Origin: Candidatus Eiseniibacteriota bacterium
Lineage (GTDB): Bacteria > Eisenbacteria > RBG-16-71-46 > JABDJR01
Length of the DNA: 64,000 nt
Assembly (NCBI GenBank): GCA_963783375.1
Contig: CAWANH010000028.1
Span: 1-64,000, forward strand
Direction: 5' to 3'
Part shown: piece by piece, positions 9,797 to 21,055 of the stretch
How positions within the stretch are numbered: the stretch's first letter is position 1
Layout: each line of letters opens with the position of its first letter
The notes under the pieces: model-generated
Seen by the model: the letters and a program-made list of their open reading frames with translations, nothing else
Told to the model about the DNA's origin: nothing
The model's database searches: none
Program-made: the position numbers and the translations under genes

Positions 9797-11023
9797 ATGA
9801 AACCGGAAGAGCTGGTATACGACTGGAACCAGGCGGGACCGATGGAGGCGCTCATCCGTTCCCGGGTGGAGCTGGACGACGAGACCCTGAGGGACGGGCT
9901 CCAGAGTCCCTCCATCCGCGATCCCGAGATGGAGGTGAAGGTCCGCCTGCTTCACCTGATGGACGGCCTGGGGATCGACACCGCGGACATCGGCCTTCCC
10001 GGGGCCGGGCCCCGGGCGGTGACCCAGGCCGAGACCCTGGCCCGCGAGATCGGTTCGGCCAAGCTCAAGATCAAGGCCAACTGCGCCGCGCGCACCCTGG
10101 CCCGGGACATCGAGCCGATCGCCAACATCGTCCACCGGACCGGGGTCCCGGTCGAGGCATATCTGTTCCTGGGCTGCAGCCCCATCCGGCAGTACGTGGA
10201 GGCGTGGGACCTGGACCGGGTGCTGAAGCTCTCCGGCGACGCCATCCGCTTCGCGGCGGGGGAGAACCTCGAGGTCGCCTTCGTGACCGAGGACACCACG
10301 CGCTCCTCCCCGGAGACGCTCCGCCCGCTGTACCTGAACGCCATCGAGAAGGGCGCCCGCCGGATCACCATGTGCGACACCGTCGGGCACGCCTGCCCGG
10401 CCGGGGTGTCGAACCTGGTGAAGTTCGTGCGGGGCGTGATCGCGGAGACCGGCGAGGACGTGAAGCTCGACTGGCACGGGCACAGCGACCGGGGCCTGAG
10501 CCTCACCAACGCGTTCATGGCCGTCCACGAAGGGGTGGACCGGGTGCACGGCACCGCCCTCGGGGTGGGCGAGCGGGTGGGGAACACCTCCATGGACCAG
10601 CTCCTGGTGAACCTCCGGCTCTTCGGGGTGAACAACATCGATCTCTCGCCCCTGGTCGAGTACGTGGACCTGGCCCACCGCGAGCTGGGCGCCCCCCTCC
10701 CCTACAACTACCCGATGTTCGGCGCCGACGCGTTCCGGACCGCCACCGGCGTCCACGCCGCCGCGGTGTTGAAGGCGCAGGAGATGGGCGACGACTGGCT
10801 TGCCGACCGGGTCTACTCCGGCATCCCCGCGGGCTGGCTCGGACGCCGGCAGAACATCCAGGTCGGGCCGATGAGCGGCGCCTCGAACGTCCGCCACTGG
10901 TTCCTCATGCACGACCGGCCGGCGACCGACCAGGCGGTGGATCAGGTGCTGTCCGCGGCCAAGCGCTCCGACCACGTCTTCACCGACGAGGAGATCATCG
11001 GCATCCTGGAGGGGGCGGCGTGA
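9797..11023 (+). CDS. LeuA-like DRE-TIM acyl-CoA/2-oxoacid synthase without regulatory domain (isopropylmalate/homocitrate/Re-citrate synthase family)
   Basis: DETLRDGLQ, CDTVG, WHGHSDRG, GVGERVGN, TATGVH; 408 aa. Confidence 0.8.
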   Translation: MKPEELVYDWNQAGPMEALIRSRVELDDETLRDGLQSPSIRDPEMEVKVRLLHLMDGLGIDTADIGLPGAGPRAVTQAETLAREIGSAKLKIKANCAARTLARDIEPIANIVHRTGVPVEAYLFLGCSPIRQYVEAWDLDRVLKLSGDAIRFAAGENLEVAFVTEDTTRSSPETLRPLYLNAIEKGARRITMCDTVGHACPAGVSNLVKFVRGVIAETGEDVKLDWHGHSDRGLSLTNAFMAVHEGVDRVHGTALGVGERVGNTSMDQLLVNLRLFGVNNIDLSPLVEYVDLAHRELGAPLPYNYPMFGADAFRTATGVHAAAVLKAQEMGDDWLADRVYSGIPAGWLGRRQNIQVGPMSGASNVRHWFLMHDRPATDQAVDQVLSAAKRSDHVFTDEEIIGILEGAA

Positions 11024-11051
11024 TGGCCGGTCCGCCCGATCCGGTGCGCGC

Positions 11052-11080
11052 CCCTCGGAGCCCTCGGAGCCCTCGGAGCA
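11052..11080. repeat. 9-bp tandem repeat (ccctcggag) x3
   Basis: ccctcggag ccctcggag ccctcggag between the leuA-like gene and hcr. Confidence 0.7.
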
Positions 11081-11097
11081 CGGAGGCCGGGCCGGCG

Positions 11098-13991
11098 ATG
11101 ACGGACACCCCCGCCGGCTGGCCGGGATCTCCCTCACCGTGAACGGCGACCGCATGCGCCTGGCCGTTCCCGGCGAGCGGACGCTCCTGGAACTCCTCCG
11201 CTACGAGCTGGGGCTGACCGGAACCAAGCAGGGCTGCGACAAGGGGGACTGCGGGGCGTGCACGGTGCTGGTGGACGGGACGCCGGTGCTCTCCTGTCTC
11301 ACCCTGGCCGCCGACGCCGAGGGCGCGCGGGTCGAGACGGTGGAGTCGCTGGCCCGGGGCACGGACCTCCACCCGCTCCAGCGCGCGTTCGTCGATCACG
11401 GCGCCGCCCAGTGCGGGTTCTGCACCCCGGGGATCCTCATGAGCGCGAAGGCGCTCCTGGACGCGGGCAAGGTCCCCTCCCGCGACGAGGTGAAGGCGGC
11501 GCTCTCCGGGAACCTCTGCCGCTGCACCGGCTACACCAAGATCCTGGACGCGGTGGAGGACGCCGCGCAGCGCGGTCCATGGCGCCGGAGCCGATCCGTC
11601 GCCCGCGGGAAGCCGGGGCGGGTCGTGAGCGCGAAGGCTTCCGGCGGCCCCCCGCCGGGAAACGGCGGTCGCGGGGGGGAGCCTCGGACCATCGGGCGGC
11701 GGCGCGGCAAGGTGAACGCGGCCGAGCAGGTCACCGGCCGGACCCGCTACGCCGACGACATGACCTTTCCGGGGATGCTCCACGCCAAGCTCGTCCGCTC
11801 CCCCCACGCCCACGCGCGGATCGTCCGGATCGACGCGTCCCGGGCGCTGGCCATGGAAGGGGTCCACGCGGTCATCACCGGGCGGGACATGCCGGTCAAG
11901 TACGGCATCCTCCCCTGGACCCAGGACGAGTATCCCCTCGCGCTCGACAAGGCGCGCTTCGTGGGGGACGCGGTGGCCTGCGTGGCCGCGGTGGACGAGC
12001 TCACCGCCGTCCGCGCCGCCGCCGCGGTCGAGGTGACCTACCAGGTGCTTCCCCACGTGCTGGATCCGGAGGAGGCGCTGGCCTCCGGGGCGCCGGTGGT
12101 GAACGAGGCCGCCCGCCACGGGAACGTGACCAAGCACGTGCACCTGGAGTTCGGGGACGTGGACGCGGGACTGGCCGGCTCCGACGCCACCGCCGAGGGG
12201 GACTACTTCTTCCAGGGCACCACCCACGCCGCCATCGAGCCCCACTGCGCGATCGGGCTCTGGGAACCCTCGGGGGTGCTCACCGTGATCAGCTCCACCC
12301 AGGTGCCGCATTACCTGCACCGGGAACTCGCCCGCGTGCTCCAGGTCCCCCAGGACCGGGTGCGGGTGATCCAGCCGCCGGTGGGGGGCGCCTTCGGCGG
12401 AAAGAGCGAGCCCTTCGACCTGGAGTTCTGCGTGGGGAAGCTGGCCATGACGACCGGCCGCCCGGTGAAGCTCCTCTACACCCGCGAGGAGGTGTTCTAC
12501 TCCCATCGCGGCCGCCATCCCATGAAGATGCACTACCGGCTGGGGGCCACCCGGGACGGGAAGCTCACCGCCTGCGACGCGAAGACGATCATCGACGGCG
12601 GGGCCTACGCGTCCTTCGGGCTGGTGACCGCCTACTACTCCGGCCAGCTGGTTCCCGCGCCCCTGGCCATCCCCGCCTACCGGTTCGACTCCGTCCGCGC
12701 CTACACCAACAAGCCGGCCTGCGGGCCCAAGCGCGGCCACGGGAGCGTCCAGCCCCGCTTCGCCTTCGAGGTCACCCTGGACAAGCTGGCCGCCGGGCTC
12801 GGGATCGATCCCATCGAGCTTCGCCGGCGAAACCTCATCCTTCCCGGCGAGCGCACGGTGAACGAGCTGCTCATCCAGTCCACCGGGTTCGCCGAATGCC
12901 TGGACCGGGTGGAGTCGGCGAGCGGCTGGTGCGGGAAGCACGGGAAGCTCCCCTACGGGCGCGGGGTGGGGGTGGCCGGCTCCAGCTACATCAGCGGCAC
13001 CAACTACCCGATCTATCCCAACGACATGCCCCAGAGCGCGGTGCAGCTCAAGGTCGACCGCTCGGGGCGGGTGACCGTGTTCTCCGGGGTGAGCGAGATC
13101 GGCCAGGGGGCGGAGTCCATGCTCGCCACCGTGGTCTGCGAGGAGCTGGGGGTGGAACCCGAGGCGGTGCGCGTGGTCTCCGGCGACACCGATCTCACCC
13201 CGGTGGATCTCGGCGCCTACTCCAGCCGGGTCACCATGATGGCGGGGAACGCGTGCCTCCGGGCGGCGCGGGAGCTGGCCGACCGGGTGCGCCGGGTCGC
13301 GGCGGCGAAGTGGGAGTGCCCGCCCGGGCGGGTGATCCTGGGGGACGGCTTCGCGACCCGCGAGGACCGGCCGGACGAGCGCGTGCCGGTGGCCGAGGCG
13401 TTCCGGTGGGCGGAGGCGGCGGAGGGCACCCTCGGTTCCGTCGGCCACTACAACACCCCCAAGCACGTTCACGGCGACTACCGCGGGGGGACGATCGGCG
13501 CCTCGCCCGCCTACTCCTTCACCGCCCACGTGGCCGAGGTGTCCGTCGACCCCCGGACCGGCGTCGTCACCGTGGAGCGGATCTGGGTGGCCCACGACGC
13601 GGGCCGGGTCCTGAACCCGGTGATCGTGGAGGGACAGATGGAGGGGAGCGCCTACATGGGGTTCGCGGAGGCGCTCTTCGAGGAGCACCTCTTCTACGAG
13701 AGCGGGCTCCACACCGGGCCGTCGCTCCTCGACTACCGCATCCCCACCACCCTCGACACCCCGGAGCTTCACTCGCTGATCGTCGAGTCGCTGGACCCGG
13801 AGGGACCCTACGGGGCCAAGGAAGCCGGCGAGGGCCCGCTCCATCCCTCCATCCCCGCCATCGCCAACGCGGTCTTCGACGCGGTGGGGATCCGGGTGGA
13901 CACCCTGCCGCTCTCCCCGGGCAAGGTCTTGCGGGCGCTTCGCGCGGTCGAGGCCTCGGCGGCGGTCGCGACGACCGGAGGGGGTTCCTGA
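11098..13991 (+). CDS. hcrC/hcrA: 4-hydroxybenzoyl-CoA reductase 2x[2Fe-2S] (gamma) plus Mo-binding (alpha) subunits, read as one ORF from 11139; the true start (ATG 11098 or 11023) needs a 1-nt correction
   Basis: ISLTVNG, GCDKGDCGACTV, QCGFCTPG, GNLCRCTGY; then GGAFGGK, GPKRGHG, GAYSSRVT, GAKEAGEG; adjacent to bcr and hcrB. Confidence 0.8.
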
Positions 13992-14987
13992 TGCTCCCGC
14001 TCCCCGAAATGGAGGTCGTGCACCCGGCCACGGTCGAGGATGCGGCGCGGCTTCTGGCCGAGGCGCCGGAGGAGACGATGCTCCTCTCCGGCGGCACCGA
14101 CCTGTTGCCGAATCTCAAGCACGGGCTGGCCGCCCCGCGGCGCCTGGTGAGCCTTCGCCGGCTGGCCGGACTTCGAGAGATCCGGTCCGCCGAAGACGGC
14201 GCGCTCATCATCGGCGCCGGAACCACCCTGGCCGCGATCGCCGGCCACCCGCGGGTGCGCGCGCGCTACCCCGCCCTCGCCCAGGCCGCCGGCCTGGCCG
14301 CCGGACCCCAGCTCCGGAACATGGGGACCCTGGGAGGGAACCTCTGCCTGGACACCCGGTGCGTGTACTACAACCAGAGCGGGTTCTGGCGGGGGGCGCT
14401 CGGCTACTGCCTGAAGAAGGACGGCGACCTCTGCCACGTGGTCCCCGAGGGAAGCCGGTGCGTGGCCGCGATGAGCGCGGACACCCCCGGGCCGCTCCTG
14501 GTCTACGGGGCGTCGGTGCGGTTGGTGTCGGCGCGCGGCGATCGCACGATCCCCGTCGCGGACTTCTTCCGGGGCGACGGCGCGCGGAACACGGTGCGGG
14601 AGCCGGACGAGATCCTGACCGAGGTCGTGCTCCCGCCGCCGGCGCCCGGGCTTCCACTCCGCCTACCGGAAGCTCCGGGCGCGCGCGGCCATCGACTTTC
14701 CGCTGCTCTCGACCGCGGCGGCGCTGACCCTGGACGCCGACCGCCGGGTCGGGGACCTCCGGCTGGTGGTCGGGGCGCTCGGGGCCCGCCCGAAGTCGAT
14801 CCGCGGCCTGGACGCCGTCGCCCGGGGGAAGGTGCTCGACGACTCCCTGGCCGCGGCGATCGCCGGGGAAGCCCACCGCCAGTCCCGTCCCCTCACCAAC
14901 CTCAACGTGGACCCGGAGTGGCGTCGGGAGATGGTGGCGGTCACCGTGGCGCGGATGCTGGGGGAGCTGGTCGAGAGCCTCACCTGA
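13991..14987 (+). CDS. hcrB: 4-hydroxybenzoyl-CoA reductase FAD/[4Fe-4S] (beta) subunit, frameshifted near 14650
   Basis: SGGTDLLPNLK, QLRNMGTLGGNLC; Cys insertion RCVYYNQS..CLKKDGDLCHV..RC characteristic of HcrB; continues in another frame HSAYRKLRARAAIDFP to 14987. Confidence 0.85.
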
Positions 14988-15089
14988 CCACCCGCCCTCC
15001 CGGGGAGCGCCCACGCCGGGCTTGTCCGGCAACTTCCCGCCCGCTAATCTCCCCTCCGACCGTCGGTTAACCATCGGGAGAACGCCCCC

Positions 15090-15647
15090 TTGCAAGCTCT
15101 CCTCGTCCTGTCCCGCGCCATCGACCGGCTGAACGAGCGGATCGGCCGGGTCATCGCCTGGTGCGCGCTCCTCATGATCCTGATCGGGGCGGGAAACGCG
15201 GTGGCGCGCTATCTCGGCCGCTTCCTGGGCGTGAACCTGAGCTCCAACGCCTACATCGAAGCCCAGTGGTATCTCTTCAGCCTCCTGTTCCTGCTCGGCG
15301 CCGCCTACACCCTGAAGCACAACGCCCACGTCCGGGTCGACGTCCTCTACGGCCGGCTCTCCGACCGCGGCAAGGCCTGGATCAACCTCGCCGGCGCCGT
15401 GCTCTTCCTCTTCCCCTTCAGCGTGGTCATGCTGATCGTGGCCTGGCCCTCGGTGCGGAACTCCTGGGCGGTGCACGAGATGTCCCCGGATCCGGGCGGC
15501 CTCCCCCGCTATCCCCTGAAGGCGATGCTGCTGGTGGCGTTCATCCTGGTGATCGTCCAGGGGGTGTCGGAAACGGTGAAGCAGGTGGCCGTCCTCCGGG
15601 GCCTCGCCGCCGAACCCCCCGACACCGAGAGCCGGGAGGGGATGTGA
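15090..15647 (+). CDS. dctQ: TRAP transporter small permease (DctQ)
   Basis: EAQWYLF, HVRVDVLY, SPDPGGLP; about 4 TM segments. Confidence 0.9.
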   Translation: MQALLVLSRAIDRLNERIGRVIAWCALLMILIGAGNAVARYLGRFLGVNLSSNAYIEAQWYLFSLLFLLGAAYTLKHNAHVRVDVLYGRLSDRGKAWINLAGAVLFLFPFSVVMLIVAWPSVRNSWAVHEMSPDPGGLPRYPLKAMLLVAFILVIVQGVSETVKQVAVLRGLAAEPPDTESREGM

Positions 15648-15711
15648 TGCGGACCGGCGCGAGCGCCCCCCGTCGCCGTCCGGCTCTCGACGTGCGTTCC
15701 GGAGCCGGCGC

Positions 15712-17030
<1,319 letters not shown>

Positions 17031-17034
<4 letters not shown>

Positions 17035-18131
17035 GCGTGGCGGAAGGCGTACTCCGCGTAGGCCAGCTCGGCGGTTCCGAACCACCGGAAATACGGTCCC
17101 CGGACCGCCTTCCAGGCGTCGTAGACCTTCCGGTAGCCGGGGTCCTTCGCCGCCTGCTCCTCCAGGACCTCGAAGGACGCCTTCATCGCCGCGTCCATGA
17201 TCTCGTCGGAAAATCGCTCCAGCTGCACCCCCTGGGCCAGGAGCCGGTCCAGGGCAGGGGGGTTCTTGGCGTCGTAGCGGGTCTGCATCGTGACCTCGGC
17301 CACGCGGGCGGCGGCCCTGAACATGTCCCGATACTCGCTCGGAAGCGAGGCCCAGGCCTCGCGATTCACGAGAAAAGATAGAGACGGGCCGGGCTCCCAC
17401 CACCCCGGGTAATAGTAGCGCTTGGCGATCTTGTAGAACCCCAGCTTTTCGTCGTCGTAGGGGCCGACCCATTCGGTGGCGTCGATCGCACCCCGCTCCA
17501 GGGCGGGGAAGATGTCCCCTCCGGCCAGGACCTGCACCGTCACCCCGAGCCGGTTCATGACCTGGCCCCCCAGGCCGGGGATCCGCATCTTCAACCCCTT
17601 GAGATCGGCGACCCCCCGGACTTCGCGTTTGAACCAGCCGCCCATCTGGCAGCCGGTGTTCCCGGCGGGGAAGTTCACGATCCCGAAGTCGGCGAAGAGC
17701 TCGCGCATCAGGTCGAGCCCGCCTCCCTCGTGGAGCCACGCCCCCTGCTGCCGCGCGGTGAGGCCGAAAGGCACGCAGGAGTCGAAGGCAAGGGCGGGAT
17801 TCTTCCCGATGAAGTAGTAGCTTGCGGTCTGGCCGACCTCGACCGTCCCCTGCTGAACGGCGTCCAGAACCTGGAGACCCGGGACCAGCTCCCCCGCGGG
17901 GTAGGCCCGGACGGAGAACCGGCCGCCGGAGATCGCTTCCAGGGTTTGCGTCATGACCTCGGCCGCGCCGAAGATGGTGTCGAGCCCCCGGGGAAAGCTG
18001 GATGCGAGCCGCCAGCGCACGGTCTTGCCGGTCTGGACCGCGGGCGCGCCTTCCTCTCCCCGGGCGCAGCCCAGGATCGCGCCTCCGACCGCTGCCGCCG
18101 CCGCCTTCTTCACGAACTCGCGTCGTTTCAT
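17031..18131 (-). CDS. dctP: TRAP substrate-binding protein (DctP/TakP-type) with Tat-like signal
   Basis: MKRREFVK, GNTGCQMGGWF, LKGLKMRIPG, EWVGPYDD, YYYPGWWEP. Confidence 0.92.
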
Positions 18132-18175
18132 GGGTCCTCCGGGTGATGGCTTTGGCGGTTGGTGAATCCGCGGCT

Positions 18176-18283
18176 CCGGTGGGCATCCGCCCGCCGGCTC
18201 GCCCCGCGGTTTCGCGAACGGCCCGTGCCGGTGGGCATCCGCCCGCCGGCTCGCCCCGCGGTTTCGCGAACGGCCCGTGCCGG
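18176..18283. repeat. 52-bp tandem duplication with internal hairpin
   Basis: Unit ccggtgggcatccgcccgccggctcgccccgcggtttcgcgaacggcccgtg at 18176 and 18228; ccggtgggc pairs with gcccgccgg. Confidence 0.85.
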
Positions 18284-18426
18284 CCGGGCCCTACCATGCC
18301 ACCGGCGATCGGATTCTTCAACGCGGGAGGAACCACGATCCCTGGACGTCTTCGGCACCCGCGGGCATACTCTCCGACCGGCGCCCCCGTCCGGATGCCT
18401 TCCGACCCGCTCGACGGAGACCGATC

Positions 18427-19110
18427 GTGGCCATCCCGCTCTACGACATCCAACCGCGGCGCACCTTCCCCATCGTCAACGTTGCGCTGATCGCGATCAA
18501 CGTGGCCGCCTTCATCTACGAGCTTTCCCTCGGCCCCCACCTCCAGGGCTTCATCCAGCAGGCCGCCTTCGTCCCCGCCCGCTTCGTCGAGTCGGGGAGC
18601 CTCCTCGGCGAGAGCCGCTCGGTCATGATCTCCATGTTCCTTCACGGCGGATGGGCCCACCTGCTCGGGAACATGCTCTATCTCTGGATCTTCGGCGACA
18701 ACGTGGAGGATCGCCTCGGCCACCTGAAATATCTGGTCTTCTACCTCGGCGCGGGATGGGTGGCCACCCTGACCCATGCCGCCGCCAACCCGGGCTCGGT
18801 CATTCCCTCGATCGGGGCGAGCGGGGCCATCGCGGGGGTTCTCGGCGCGTACCTGGTGATGTTCCCGCGCGCGCGGGTGATGACCCTGATCCCCCTCGGC
18901 TTCTTCATCCGGCTGACCGAGCTTCCCGCGCTCCTGGTCCTGGGCTTCTGGTTCGTGCTGCAGATCTTCAACGGCGCGATCTCGATCGGCGCCCACACCG
19001 CCCAGACCGCGGGGGTGGCGTGGTGGGCCCACATCGGGGGGTTCGTGGCCGGGATCGTGGTGGGGGGAATCGTCCGGCTGACCCGAGGGCCTGCGCGCCC
19101 GCGCCGGTGA
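18427..19110 (+). CDS. Rhomboid intramembrane serine protease
   Basis: SMFLHGGWAHLLGNMLYLWIFGDNVED, GASG, WWAHIGGF; GTG after GGAGA. Confidence 0.92.
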   Translation: MAIPLYDIQPRRTFPIVNVALIAINVAAFIYELSLGPHLQGFIQQAAFVPARFVESGSLLGESRSVMISMFLHGGWAHLLGNMLYLWIFGDNVEDRLGHLKYLVFYLGAGWVATLTHAAANPGSVIPSIGASGAIAGVLGAYLVMFPRARVMTLIPLGFFIRLTELPALLVLGFWFVLQIFNGAISIGAHTAQTAGVAWWAHIGGFVAGIVVGGIVRLTRGPARPRR

Positions 19111-19194
19111 TCCGGCCCCGGCGTGGGCCGTTGCCACCGAGGCCTCGGCGGCGCGGCCGCAGGGGCCGCCTTGAGGGATCCCGCCGGAATGCGT

Positions 19195-19885
19195 CCCCGG
19201 GGAAGCAATGTTCGCAATAAAGCCTTTATCGCGACGCCGGTCCCGTGGTGGCAGTGAGCGGTCGGCCGTTGTCGCGCTCTCCCGGAGACGCGGGATGTGT
19301 ACCCGGGGAAGCAATGTTCGCAATAAAGCCTTTATCGCGACGCCGCGGCCGCTACGGAGTCGCCGACGGGTCCTGGGCCGCGGCGCGGCCGCCGGGGCCG
19401 GCCTGCCCCTGAGCGAGGCGCGAATCTGAGGGCGCGATGGGAGCGAAGCGGGTCCCATCGCGCACGAAGAGCGAGCGGCGGAACGTCCGGTGGACGGTCC
19501 GAGCGAGCGCTGAGCGCCGAGACGAAGGGGTACCGGCCCCAAGGCCGCGCCGGGGACCAAGCCGGTGCTCCCCCGGGGAAGCAATGTTCGCAATAAAGCC
19601 TTTATCGCGACGCCGCGGCGGCTACGGAGTCGCCGACGGGTCGTGGGCCGCGGCGCGGCCGCCGGGGCCGGCCTGCCCCTGAGCGAGGCGCGAATCTGAG
19701 GGCGCGATGGGAGCGAAGCGGGTCCCATCGCGCACGAAGAGCGAGCGACGGAACGTCCGGTGGACGATCCGAGCGAGCGCTGAGCGCCGAGACGAAGGGG
19801 CACCGGCCCCAAGGCCGCGCCGGGGAACGAGCCGGTGTTCCCCCGGGGAAGCAATGTTCGCCATGAAGCCCTTATCGCGACGCCA
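19195..19885. repeat. Composite repeat: four 45-bp palindromic motifs and two near-identical 270-bp units
   Basis: ccccggggaagcaatgttcgcaataaagcctttatcgcgacgccg at about 19195, 19301, 19571 and 19841 (last degenerate); units 19301-19570 and 19571-19840. Confidence 0.9.
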
Positions 19886-20115
19886 CGGCCATGCGGAGGA
19901 GGAGACAGACCGCGCGGCGCGACCGCATGAACACCTCCCCGCAAGCCACGCCCGGAGTTCACCCGGGTAAACTCGCTCACCCCACGCCCGGCGATCAGGG
20001 CTTGCCCCGGGGTACGATCGACTCCGCCCCCTGCGCTATACTCCCGCCGCGTCCGATTCGGAAGCGCCGCTCCCCAAGCCCGCGCTTCCGCGCGATCGAG
20101 GAGTCCCGCGCCGAC

Positions 20116-20985
20116 ATGCCGCCCGCCATCGGCCGAACCCACCGTACGCGGACGTTCCTGCTCTGGGTCCTGGCCTTCGCGACCACCCTGGCCATCGGCT
20201 CCTACCAGAGACGGACCGGACCCTCGTGGCCGGTTTCGATAAGCCGGGAGGTCGGCGGCATCCCGGTCACCGGCTCCCTCCCCCGCTCCCACGGCGGCGG
20301 CGGCGACGCGGTCGTCGCCATCGAAGCCGGCCCCGACGTGACCGGCAAACTCCTCTGGCGGCGCTACCCGACCGCCGACCCCTGGACCCCGGTGCCCCTC
20401 GTTCGCGACGGCTCCACCCTCTCCGCCGCGCTCCCCCACCAGCCGCCGGCGGGAAAGCTCGAGTACGTGCTCCGCGTGAGCGCCGCCGGAGACGCCCCGG
20501 ACGCGTCCATCGCCCCCGAGATCACCCTCCCCGCCAGCGAGGCGGTGATCCTCCGCTTCCGGGGCGAGATCCCGGCCCTGGTCCTCATCCCCCACATCGC
20601 CTTCATGTTCGTCGCGCTCTGGATCGCCGTCCGGGCCGGCCTCGCCGCGGCGGCCGGCGAGCCGCGCCTCGCGCGCTACATCCCCTGGGTGCTGATCATC
20701 CTCGTCCCGGGGGGGCTCCTCCTCGGACCCCTGGTGCAGAAACTTGCCTTCGGCGCGTACTGGACCGGCTGGCCCTTCGGGGAGGACTGGACCGACAACA
20801 AGACCCTCATCGCCGCCGTGGTCTGGGCCGCGGCCTGGCTCCGCGTCGACCGGCGGCCGTCGAACGCCCGCCTGGCCGTTCTCGCCGCCGCGGTCGTCAT
20901 GATCGCGGTCTACCTCATCCCCCACAGCATCCACGGAAGCCAGATCGACTGGTCGGCGGCGGACACGCTCCAGGCCCCGCGATAA
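20116..20985 (+). CDS. Hypothetical membrane protein (N-terminal TM, periplasmic domain, about 4 C-terminal TM)
   Basis: YQRRTGPS, LPHQPPAGKLEY, FGAYWTGWPFGEDWTDNKTL, YLIPHS; strong coding bias. Confidence 0.75.
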   Translation: MPPAIGRTHRTRTFLLWVLAFATTLAIGSYQRRTGPSWPVSISREVGGIPVTGSLPRSHGGGGDAVVAIEAGPDVTGKLLWRRYPTADPWTPVPLVRDGSTLSAALPHQPPAGKLEYVLRVSAAGDAPDASIAPEITLPASEAVILRFRGEIPALVLIPHIAFMFVALWIAVRAGLAAAAGEPRLARYIPWVLIILVPGGLLLGPLVQKLAFGAYWTGWPFGEDWTDNKTLIAAVVWAAAWLRVDRRPSNARLAVLAAAVVMIAVYLIPHSIHGSQIDWSAADTLQAPR

Positions 20986-21055
20986 CCCTCCGCCGGAACC
21001 CGGCCGCGGCGGGCACCCCCGGCACCCGCCGCGACCCCATCCCCTCACACCCCCA

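Noticed and set aside
11139-14987. Xanthine or CO dehydrogenase
   Set aside because: No CoxL AYxCSFR loop; the beta subunit has the HcrB-type Cys insertion and the context is the benzoyl-CoA pathway
19195-19885. CRISPR array
   Set aside because: Spacers are 61, 225 and 225 nt and two are near-identical; no cas genes are present
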